The notes beneath the pieces are model-generated. The model was not told the DNA's origin, did no database searches, and worked only from the letters and a program-made list of their open reading frames with translations. Positions 1 through 9,500 of a DNA stretch of 64,000 bases are shown here, piece after piece; the stretch's first letter is position 1; each line of letters opens with the position of its first letter. The translations under genes were made by a program, and so were the position numbers. This stretch comes from a virus (Duplodnaviria > Caudoviricetes). Where the stretch lies: positions 123,244 through 187,243 of IMG/VR virus record IMGVR_UViG_3300033067_001757; one strand, given 5' to 3'.

Positions 1-8
1 CAAAACCT

Positions 9-569
9 TTATTTAATTATAAGTCCTCTACCAACAAGATAATCAAACCATTCTTGTAATTTTTCATTAACCTTATCTTCAGCATCATGATCTCTCTTTT
101 CGATGTATAATTTGTCAGCGGCTAAAGACATTTTATATTTTGTATCATCTATATTGTGAGTAAGAATAGTAAAATACATTCTATTCTTTTGACCATCAAA
201 ATCTCTTTTATCTGTAGGTACCTTATCATCACCAAACACTTCAAGTCTATCAGGATCTTTTTCTTTAAGAAACTGATTAACTGCTGCTATTACAGTATAA
301 ATGATTTTCATTAAGTGACTGAGTGGAACTGTCTTATGCTTTTTAGTATTATTATCACTATATGAATATCCAACGTTATACACTTTACGAGAGGCTTTTT
401 CAAACTTTATCTGTACCTTGTCACCGTCTATATCATCAAAATAAGCTACAAAATCAAATACTTTCGGTATAAATTCAAATTCGGTTTGAAGAGGTTGATA
501 CCTTTCTCCTATCTCGGTAATAATTTTGCCATATCTCTGTTTGGAGATTTCTAAATTCCATATTGCCAT
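9..569 (-). CDS. hypothetical phage protein
   Basis: 186-aa ORF with a host-type promoter just upstream; no recognised motif. Confidence 0.75.
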   Translation of the reverse strand: MAIWNLEISKQRYGKIITEIGERYQPLQTEFEFIPKVFDFVAYFDDIDGDKVQIKFEKASRKVYNVGYSYSDNNTKKHKTVPLSHLMKIIYTVIAAVNQFLKEKDPDRLEVFGDDKVPTDKRDFDGQKNRMYFTILTHNIDDTKYKMSLAADKLYIEKRDHDAEDKVNEKLQEWFDYLVGRGLIIK

Positions 570-577
570 AAGTTCTA

Positions 578-609
578 CAAATATATGACAAGTTCTCTAA
601 ACTACCAAA
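578..609 (-). promoter_or_regulatory. Bacteroidota primary-sigma promoter (TTTG-N20-TATATTTG)
   Basis: Minus strand: TTTG at 609-606, 20-nt spacer, TATATTTG at 585-578; matches the -33/-7 consensus TTTG/TAnnTTTG. Confidence 0.55.
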
Positions 610-1052
610 TCCTTTTTAAAAAAATGGCCAGATATGTTATTATTATATGAGTTATCAGATTCAAGTACTCGGTGAAGTATCTGATATTTTATCTCAAAAT
701 AGGTGAGCTGCTTTTTTGAGAATGCTATTTCGAGTATCTCTCGTTTGAATAAAGAAGGTCCTAAAGACTTGACTTCCTCTTTGAGAACTGGTTCGCTTGA
801 ATAATATGTTTTCCAGTCACTCTCCTTTACTACCTTTTTCTTGGAAAGTTTCTTCCCAGGCTTCTTGAGAGCAGCCTGAGCTTCAAGTTCTTTCTTACCA
901 AGTTTGATGTTTCGTGTCGAATGAATATTCTTCTTACCAATGTAGAACTTACCATCGGGACTATCTAACGATGTAATCTTATACACAAAACCTATTGCAC
1001 CTTCTGGGAACTGATCAATATGATCTACAATGGATCCGCTGTAATGCCACAT
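597..1052 (-). CDS. GIY-YIG superfamily nuclease
   Basis: GFVYKIT...FYIGKK motif, ESDWKTYYSS, FKREIL, YNNNI, as in short GIY-YIG proteins of T4-like phages. Confidence 0.75.
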   Translation of the reverse strand: MWHYSGSIVDHIDQFPEGAIGFVYKITSLDSPDGKFYIGKKNIHSTRNIKLGKKELEAQAALKKPGKKLSKKKVVKESDWKTYYSSEPVLKEEVKSLGPSLFKREILEIAFSKKQLTYFEIKYQILHRVLESDNSYNNNISGHFFKKDLVV

Positions 1053-1080
1053 AAACTTTATTTCTAATAAATATCAGAGA

Positions 1081-1368
1081 CTACATGTCCCAGCGAATAA
1101 GGAAATTACTATCGGTATCCTGAGAGAGTGGAATTGGTTGAGAGAACTTAGCAATAGCCAGTAGTTCTTGTGCATCATTATAGAGACCTACGGTGGTAAC
1201 ATAAGGAGTAAATTCTGAACCTGTTACGAATTCTTTTACCTGACCGTTACTACCTGAATAAATAGCAGATTTATTGTACGTATAATTAAACTCATATTCT
1301 TTGACAGAACATTTTATATTCTGCTCATAAAGAACCTGTTCGTTTTGAAAGCTTATAGTGAAGTCCAT
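1081..1368 (-). CDS. virion structural protein, C-terminal half of a split baseplate/fibre-junction protein
   Basis: PYVTTVGLYNDAQELLAIAKFSQPIP aligns with the C-terminus of the 4779-5816 product (TYPTTIGLYNNMNELLAIAKLSKPLP). Confidence 0.7.
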   Translation of the reverse strand: MDFTISFQNEQVLYEQNIKCSVKEYEFNYTYNKSAIYSGSNGQVKEFVTGSEFTPYVTTVGLYNDAQELLAIAKFSQPIPLSQDTDSNFLIRWDM

Positions 1369-3254
1369 TATTGTTTTGATGTATTTAGGAATTCAATCAT
1401 CTGGAATATCGTATTACTACCACTTACATATTTAAGCGTAAAATCAGATCCAGATGTATGTATACCACCCCAAGGGAAATTTGTTACATTGATACTGGCA
1501 CTTACCCACGTTCCTGTATTTGAATTTACAAAACTCTGAGATGATCCTGAATATGTAAATGACCAGGCACCGCTTCCGGTATCACACCAAACGATTGACA
1601 TTGAAACATTGTTTGAACCGGAAATAAACAAAGGATTCTCAAATCTAAAATACATCTCCCTGCTACCACTACCGACTAAATCAAACTTACGGGCATACCG
1701 ACCATAAATACTTGAACTTACACCTACTCTATAAGCACCTAACGATGTAAAACTAGCGCTGATCTGAGTCATATTTAACTCGTAATTCTTCGGTACGTAA
1801 TATCCAAAATCGTTATAATAAAGATTGTTATTTCCGAGCGAAGTATAATTAGCTCCTAATGAACCGGTAGCATATGTGTAAATCGCAGTTACCCGGGCTT
1901 GATTAAAGTATCCATTTATAAAGCGCTTATTGATAGTCCACTCTTTAAAATCGATACTTTCACTTCCAGCAAGTACACTTGCTGTCATGTTATTATAACC
2001 AGTTACATCTGCCGGCGCTAATAAAACTCCATAACTCGCTGTTGGGAATCTTTCTTCATCTGCATAATCGATTACATCCCTGAAAACCAATAATGCCCTG
2101 TTTGATATGTATGCATTTTTTGGTCCGGCATATAATCTAAATAAGTTTGCAGCTCGGTTACCAAGAGAAGTGGCCCACGGTTGAGGGAAATTAAACATAC
2201 CGAGCCCACCTGCTATCGCATTTATAACAATCAACCAACTTTGTTGATTTGGTGCATATCCACTCGAAATATCTGTATCTCTATCTCCATACTCAGCACG
2301 ACTTCTGAAATAATAATGTGGAGTATTTGCTATTTTCTTATTTCGATTATAATATATAGTTTGCCCATCAAAAGTATAATCATGACCAAGATTACCTTGT
2401 TTGATAAAAGACCTCGGATATAATCCGGAAACATGTTCACTGTCACCTGCATCATTACCTATATTTAGCATCAATCTCAAAGATGATGTAGCTTGAGTCA
2501 AATATTTTGACGCAGATGCCCATGACCGTTTTCTATAATCCTCCCAATCACTTCCACTAATAGTAAAAGATGATATTACGGGAGTACCTTTATATGGATC
2601 TTCGTCGCCGGTTGTACCTTCTGCTATTTGCCAATACAAAAACTTATCTTTTACAGATTGTGAATATGCTGCAAATTCAGCAGTTAAGTCTTGTAAAAAT
2701 CCAATAAAATGATTCATATAATACGAAGATGTGTAAACAGGCCATGGTCCATTTATACTACTACCTGTTGTATTAAATGTTCCAGAACCCGATAATACCC
2801 AATTCGGAGAATTCTGACCAACGTAAAACTCTAATCCAAAATAAATACTTGCAGATGTAAATACTGCAATTCTGTTTCTCAAATATGTCCAGTTATACGA
2901 ACCTGAAACAGATGATACATCGCTCCAGTTAACTGTTAAATGAAACCCTGACAAAATCAGACCGTTGTTTATAAACTGATTTATATTTGTAGATGGCATT
3001 GTACCAAATCCCCAACTTCCTAATACATTCGGATCGAAAGATGGAATTACCTGGTTCCATGTAGGCATATGACTATGACTTATATTTGGTTTTACCTGAA
3101 CGTAAGAATATAAACTCGATGTATTCAGTACCCTATTTGAATAAGGTATAACCAAATCTACACTCGTAGCACTAGATGATGCTACCAATTGACCAACTGA
3201 TACTGATGAAGATATATCAGAAAAAGTAAATAGACTACCCGATCTTCTCATCAA
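1368..3254 (-). CDS. virion-associated glycoside hydrolase (clan GH-A, beta-galactosidase/agarase-like barrel) with C-terminal beta-sandwich
   Basis: VNWSDV..SGSYNW, GQNSPNWV, WPVY, IAEGTTGDE motifs; located in the tail module. Confidence 0.6.
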   Translation of the reverse strand: MMRRSGSLFTFSDISSSVSVGQLVASSSATSVDLVIPYSNRVLNTSSLYSYVQVKPNISHSHMPTWNQVIPSFDPNVLGSWGFGTMPSTNINQFINNGLILSGFHLTVNWSDVSSVSGSYNWTYLRNRIAVFTSASIYFGLEFYVGQNSPNWVLSGSGTFNTTGSSINGPWPVYTSSYYMNHFIGFLQDLTAEFAAYSQSVKDKFLYWQIAEGTTGDEDPYKGTPVISSFTISGSDWEDYRKRSWASASKYLTQATSSLRLMLNIGNDAGDSEHVSGLYPRSFIKQGNLGHDYTFDGQTIYYNRNKKIANTPHYYFRSRAEYGDRDTDISSGYAPNQQSWLIVINAIAGGLGMFNFPQPWATSLGNRAANLFRLYAGPKNAYISNRALLVFRDVIDYADEERFPTASYGVLLAPADVTGYNNMTASVLAGSESIDFKEWTINKRFINGYFNQARVTAIYTYATGSLGANYTSLGNNNLYYNDFGYYVPKNYELNMTQISASFTSLGAYRVGVSSSIYGRYARKFDLVGSGSREMYFRFENPLFISGSNNVSMSIVWCDTGSGAWSFTYSGSSQSFVNSNTGTWVSASINVTNFPWGGIHTSGSDFTLKYVSGSNTIFQMIEFLNTSKQ

Positions 3255-4125
3255 TTAGTTTATATAGTTCTTGTACGGCTTTGAATAAAAGACCAATACT
3301 ATTACTATTGTCCAGAACATTGTGATCCTTGGTAGCGATATATTCATGTGTATCATCTGCTATGATACCAATCTTAAATTGCCCCTGATGCTTCTTGTAA
3401 TTATAACTGACAACATTAAGATTGTTAATGATATCAAGTGCGCTTGATGAAAATGGTAGAATGTTTTCTTTAAATTGTCTGGCTGATAGTTCATAAAAAG
3501 CCTGTGCTCTTACATCTCCGGTAAATGATCCTGAACCACTCACATTGAACGCCACGTTGTTTGACGAACCGCTTAGTACCAATACTACACCAGTCGGATA
3601 TGTAGTCACAGATGTTGAACTACTGATAATCTGATATCCATTGGCCGTACTCGCCGATATCTGGGCCAGTGTAACAAATTCATTAGATGATATCGCATTA
3701 TTACCTGCAACTCTACCATTGAATGAACTGCTTCCAGATATAAGTAATGAAGCACTTATTATTTGATTACCTGTAAATATATTTGACCCTGTACTTGCGA
3801 ATGAAGCCGAGCTCACCAGATAGCTTGCAGTAAAAGAATTATAGTTGGATATTTGAGTTAAACTGGAAGTATTGAAGTAAGAGGCTGTTACTGCCAGATT
3901 TGCAGACGATGCACTTATCGCATATGAACTTGTAGTACTTCTGGAAGCTGATACAGCATAACTCGCACTATAAGCATATGATGATGATATTAAAGATTGA
4001 CTAACAAAAGCACCTAATCCGTTAAGCACATCATTCAGATGGCTTCCAGATATTGATTTGTTACTATTTTGAATGATATATATGTTTATATCATCTATGA
4101 CTTCCTGTAATGTAATGTATGACAT
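3235..4125 (-). CDS. tail fibre/spike protein with C-terminal peptidase S74 intramolecular chaperone
   Basis: Ser/Ala-rich shaft, then SARQFKENI...IGIIADD...LLFKAVQEL. Confidence 0.8.
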   Translation of the reverse strand: MSYITLQEVIDDINIYIIQNSNKSISGSHLNDVLNGLGAFVSQSLISSSYAYSASYAVSASRSTTSSYAISASSANLAVTASYFNTSSLTQISNYNSFTASYLVSSASFASTGSNIFTGNQIISASLLISGSSSFNGRVAGNNAISSNEFVTLAQISASTANGYQIISSSTSVTTYPTGVVLVLSGSSNNVAFNVSGSGSFTGDVRAQAFYELSARQFKENILPFSSSALDIINNLNVVSYNYKKHQGQFKIGIIADDTHEYIATKDHNVLDNSNSIGLLFKAVQELYKLIDEKIG

Positions 4126-4141
4126 TTAAAAAATATTGTGC

Positions 4142-4777
4142 TTATGAAAATGAGTCACCGAATGAATCACCAAAATCTCCTTGTTGAATGAAATTATTTC
4201 CAAATATATTTTGATAAAACTGGCTTGTTATTACCACCAAACCCTGACTATAAAATATGTTTCCAACAAAATTATATGGTTCAGTAAAACGATCTACCAG
4301 GTTACCTTTACTATCGTCAATAATATCATACAATGACGACGATATGTTGAAGGTCCCTTTCTTAATAGCGTTGCCGTATATTCTTTTAGGAATCGAAACG
4401 ACCTTTATAGTCTCCCCCGAACCGGTAGGAAAATACTTGCTCATATCATTCCACTTTCTATTATCATCATATGAACCAGATGCCCGGTAAACGGATGCTG
4501 ATTCATAATTGTTACTTCTTAGTAAAGTGCTGTTATCAATAAATGATCCACTGAACTCCTGATAGAACATGTGATTGATCGTATTGAAAACAAGCTTGCT
4601 GTACTGATTGTTTTCTTGTGCATCATTATCAGGATCAAATAAAGATTGGTCTCTAACCCCGGTATATACAAAAATATTATTCGTTGACAAAGAACCAGAG
4701 TCAAAAGACCAATGCTTATTAGCTGTATACGGTAGAACAAATACGTCTGATTTATTTATTCTTTTAAATGCAGACAT
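4142..4777 (-). CDS. virion structural protein, N-terminal half of a split baseplate/fibre-junction protein
   Basis: SIPKRIYGNAIKKGTF, DDSKGNL and GNIFYSQGLVVIT resemble the middle of the 4779-5816 product; ends in FGDSFGDSFS. Confidence 0.7.
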   Translation of the reverse strand: MSAFKRINKSDVFVLPYTANKHWSFDSGSLSTNNIFVYTGVRDQSLFDPDNDAQENNQYSKLVFNTINHMFYQEFSGSFIDNSTLLRSNNYESASVYRASGSYDDNRKWNDMSKYFPTGSGETIKVVSIPKRIYGNAIKKGTFNISSSLYDIIDDSKGNLVDRFTEPYNFVGNIFYSQGLVVITSQFYQNIFGNNFIQQGDFGDSFGDSFS

Positions 4778-4778
4778 A

Positions 4779-5816
4779 TTAGAATTCCAGTTTTACCCTA
4801 AGCGTTAAAGTTTTTGTGTAGTCTTTCGGTAAAGGTTTACTCAGTTTAGCAATGGCCAACAATTCATTCATGTTATTATACAATCCGATAGTTGTAGGAT
4901 ACGTCTGAGGATTATTAATCAATGTTGCGTGAAGTAAATTTCCGTTATCATCAATTATAGATGGATTGGTTGTATGATTCAACTGACCATATTTAACATG
5001 TACATCAAAGAATTTTGCAGTTACTGTCTCTTCGCTTTTCAATGAAAGACTACCGCTCTTTTGCAACGCTGAAAATAATATCTTATTATTCAAACTTACT
5101 GTAGAAGTATATAACGGACTCGCAGTTTCATCTAAAGACATGCTGATACCACCATTTGCATATGTAAACGCTAATGCTCGTGGATTTAGGATAATCGTAC
5201 CGAGATCAGGATAAACATAGCCGTATGAACCGCTGTTTGTCTGTATCGAACTGGTATTGTAACTATGCCCGTTTGAGCCGCTCACAAGATTAAAGTATCT
5301 GTTACCATTAATATAATTGGTAACTGTTGAATCACCACTATCGTCGGTCAAATAAATGCTTGCCGAATTATTGACAAGCTTCATATTCAGAGAACCCAAA
5401 TTAAGACTTTCTTTATACCTGCTTCTATTGAAATTAATAACAAAAATATCTTTAGAATCACCGTTATTACCACCGAAATTAAACACACTACCCTCATCAC
5501 CGTAAATCATATTCCTGTACTGGCCGTATATATCCCTGGTAGGAGTATTTTCTTCGAGATGACCGTTAAATGGTGCAGAACCAGAGCCTGATATGTGACC
5601 GTATGCAATACCGAACTGAACTTCAGAACCACTGGTATCGTAGATACCATTGTAAACCTGTAGATAGAAATCTCCACTAACTTCTGCTTCTTGTAAGGAA
5701 GAAGAATTGAAACTGCTGCTATTTAGAGTATAAACACCACCTGTGAATGTCGGTGATACTAAAGTTTCCGAACTTATAATTACATCACTATTTGGATCAA
5801 AAGGTATAAAAGACAT
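4779..5816 (-). CDS. baseplate/tail-fibre attachment structural protein
   Basis: C-terminal TTIGLYN..ELLAIAK resembles the tail-collar fibre N-terminal fold; context in baseplate module. Confidence 0.65.
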   Translation of the reverse strand: MSFIPFDPNSDVIISSETLVSPTFTGGVYTLNSSSFNSSSLQEAEVSGDFYLQVYNGIYDTSGSEVQFGIAYGHISGSGSAPFNGHLEENTPTRDIYGQYRNMIYGDEGSVFNFGGNNGDSKDIFVINFNRSRYKESLNLGSLNMKLVNNSASIYLTDDSGDSTVTNYINGNRYFNLVSGSNGHSYNTSSIQTNSGSYGYVYPDLGTIILNPRALAFTYANGGISMSLDETASPLYTSTVSLNNKILFSALQKSGSLSLKSEETVTAKFFDVHVKYGQLNHTTNPSIIDDNGNLLHATLINNPQTYPTTIGLYNNMNELLAIAKLSKPLPKDYTKTLTLRVKLEF

Positions 5817-5823
5817 TCTTAAA

Positions 5824-6471
5824 TTAGTTTTTTGTTACGATTAATGGAATTGATATACGAGCTCCGCTGTCTCTTCCTTGAACAACTATAGTTGTGCTTA
5901 ATTGGGTTAAAGTTGAACCAAACAATGTATCGATAGTTGTACCAGTCAATGTGAAAGATGTTCCTGTCTGTGTTTTACTCACCGATGTACCGGAAGTAAA
6001 ATTCGTCGGTGTACTTGAATCCGGTTCATTGATTCCGATGCCTGTAAATGTAGAAAGTATTCTCGCATCACCAACCATTACTGTATATCCTCTCGGTTCG
6101 TATGTTGATACTGATCCCAAATAATTTAATGTCTGTGGTGTAATTACAATAGAAGCACCTTGCTTCAATGTTATTGACGCAAAACCAACATTGATTACCG
6201 GCATTTTACTCGTACCTCTTGAAAGCGTTACAAGCTTATATTTCATCACCTGAGTTTCATCGGGGTATGCTTCCGATAATGGTTGGGCTTCTATGGCCTC
6301 ACCAAAGAAAGCGGAACCTGACGGGTGATCTGGTCGGTATAATGTATAATCAACCTCATCATCTGCCAAGGCAAACTGTGTTATTGCAAAATCACCTGTT
6401 GCCAGGCGTTCTCTTCCTTTCTTTGTTAATATCGCGTCGATGGTTACTAAACCTTGTGACAAAAAGCCCAT
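5824..6471 (-). CDS. conserved virion structural (baseplate) protein
   Basis: DAILTKKGRERLA..FAITQFALADDEVDY N-terminus, similar to tail-collar fibre N-termini. Confidence 0.65.
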   Translation of the reverse strand: MGFLSQGLVTIDAILTKKGRERLATGDFAITQFALADDEVDYTLYRPDHPSGSAFFGEAIEAQPLSEAYPDETQVMKYKLVTLSRGTSKMPVINVGFASITLKQGASIVITPQTLNYLGSVSTYEPRGYTVMVGDARILSTFTGIGINEPDSSTPTNFTSGTSVSKTQTGTSFTLTGTTIDTLFGSTLTQLSTTIVVQGRDSGARISIPLIVTKN

Positions 6472-6512
6472 AGTGTATAATTTGTATATATAAATATTAG
6501 CTGATGGTACTT

Positions 6513-9500
6513 TTAATTAATCACCAGTACCGGCGACAGCAGTTTAGATTTCAGAGGCCCTACAATATCTGGTATTCGTTGTCTGATATCTAAGTCCAGG
6601 TTATAAGGAATAAGCTCACCTGATGAGGTCTTACCTTCTCGTTTATTGAAATTTAACATGACGCTGGTCTCGTCTGGTACTTTTCTTAATACTGCGAATC
6701 TGCTTGTTGAAAAATCGGCAGAATTTATCTGTTGATTTAACACCACACTCAAAGGTGTCGTAACTACTGGTATTGAACTCACTGAAGTGATAACCGGATC
6801 AACAATCTGAACTATTTCATAGAAAGTAGCATTGAGAGTAAAGAATGTACCAAACCTCACCAAATCACCTACTTGAAACGAAAAATCATAATCAATCTCA
6901 CTATAGTTTGATGATACGGATGATCCGGATGATGAAAAAATAGTATTGTTGTAAAAAAGTGAAGCTGAGTTATTAAATATCAAAGTTTTATTATCGGTAT
7001 TGAGTGAAAAGATTGCCGGTGACGTTGTGATAACATCGTATGTAATCGGTACAATCGTTGAGTTTATTTTATCATACACTTCAAAATATCCATCAGAAGG
7101 AATTGCGATACGTATATCATCACATTTTGCAAACGTCAGATCAATATCCAGGAAATACAATTTTAATCTAACTTCATCACCTTGCTGCAAGCTTATCTGA
7201 TAATTATTTAAAACACATTTTACTGATAACGCGGCTTCAGACCAGGTAGGATCACCGGTTCTGCTATCGAACCATACGAAGCTTTCAGCAGCATTAACCC
7301 AGCAAGGATGATTAGGTATTGATACAATTTGAAATGTTGTTTTAGCAAGATAATTCCATGCGGAACCGTTCTTCTTTTCTAAAACTCCAACAACCTTAAA
7401 CGATGAACCTCCATTATCAGGATTAGGTGCTTTAAATGTAAATGGAAGACTTACATTTATATTATAAGTTGATTGACGAGGTGCTGTAAAAGCAATAAAA
7501 TTATCAACACCGTCTTCAGCTCTTACGATACTACTTGTAAAATCTGTAGTTATATAACCATCGGACGTATTCGTTGTAAAAGGTAGAAATCTATCCATAG
7601 AATACCATGCGGCACCATTTGGATTCTCGGTCATATTAGAAGTCGAGCCATTGTATCCTACTACAGGGCCGGAGAAAGAGAATGGTATTTGTGTTGGATA
7701 ATACCAATTAGAAGGTACACCATTAGACAAAGCAAAAGATGTCAATGACTGCAACGTATTATTTAAATACCAATGTCCGGTTGTCTCTAAACTCACATCC
7801 TCGTTTCCAACAGTTTCCCATCTGAGTGATGATGTCGATATTGCTTTAAATCCGAGGCTTCCTGTTATAAAAAAACGAGGATTCAAATAATCAAATTGCA
7901 TGGTCTCATTTATCTCCCGGTAAATAATTGGTGTAAATGAATAACCGCCTACAAATATGTTCTGAACACCGTTCAGGTTATGCTGATTAGTAGGATTTAA
8001 AGGATCCAGTAAAGAAACAGCAGTATCCGTCGATGATTTAAACGTATTCTGCACTTCAAACAAGTTGGCATTGGCCTTTGTGAGTGCAATGACGGAACCT
8101 GACTGATTGATAAGATACTTGATATTAACCCACGACTTATCGTAAATATTCAGATTCTTTTCATTCACTTCACTAACCCACGCAAACTTCTCAACATTGA
8201 AATCAATAGCAGCATTTTTACCATATGAGTAGTCACCCGGAGTATAGAAATTATACAGTTTGCTGGTACTCTTAGAACCATCATATCTTGGTCGCAGATA
8301 ACTCTGTAAAGAATAATTTGAATCTTGCGTATCAGTTTCACCGACAATAGATGGATTATTTACATCAATCTTTTGAAACTTTAATGATTTACGTGAACCG
8401 CTTACCACATTTATAACAGGGTTGAAATCAGAACGAACGAACTTTTCATAATCACCTGCATAAGGAGACAACTGATTATAAGGATTTACATTTTTATCAA
8501 TGAAATCATTCTTATAATCTATAATGGAACCCGATAGTTCACCAGTGAAGAAATCAGAACCGTTACCATAACTGCTTGTATAAACACTGTCCGATGTTAA
8601 AGTATAACCACCTATTGACGCGGTATAATTATGATAATCTTCAACTGTAGTTACAGTATTCTTAACTTTAGGTCTCTCTAAAATAGGAGATTTTATCGTT
8701 AATCCGGTTAACAAGTTTGAACGAGCTGGTACATAATCCTTTATCATCTTGAATAAAGAGTTATTAAAGAAATTCACTACCCTGATATAGTCTCTGTAAT
8801 TTGTTTTGTCGGTATACTTGTTACGGTATTCTTTATTCAGGTTTGAAAGACCTGTATATGAATCATTAAAATCTTCGGATGGATCACCGATAAGATCATC
8901 GATATTGATGGTTTCACCATATTCCGCGATAACATCTTTATTCACTTCGTTCTGTGGTGAAAAAGATGCATCAATGAGATGAATATCTTTTGTTAGCTCG
9001 ACTTCAGGCTTATCTTCCAGGCATAAGAACGGAGATAAAACACTGCCGGTAATAACATTATCAACAATCCTCACTTTCTCTGTTACAGGATTTGAATAAA
9101 CAGCATTAGGAGTATTTGTATAGTAGAACTCCGTGAAAGGCTCATAATTGATCTTGTCTGGAAAATTATACAGGCTGGCGCTGTTTATAGAAATAACATA
9201 CGAGGAACTAAAACTAGATGAATCACCGTATAAAACAGTACCGTATATACCATATCCGTAACCCAGCATATTGGTAAATGAACCCGATGAAAAGTGAATA
9301 TTATGATCGGGATGTACCGATGATAACGCTCCGGTAGGATAATGGTTGTACGTTAATAAATTATTACCCAATGGAAACCTCGCAGCTAGATCATTATAGG
9401 CCGAACCACTATCATTACCCTGAATAGATTCAGGATTTAATATGTGACTGTTAAAAGCTGATTCGGATAATGGTGCAGACCAATATCTGAATTCCTGCAG

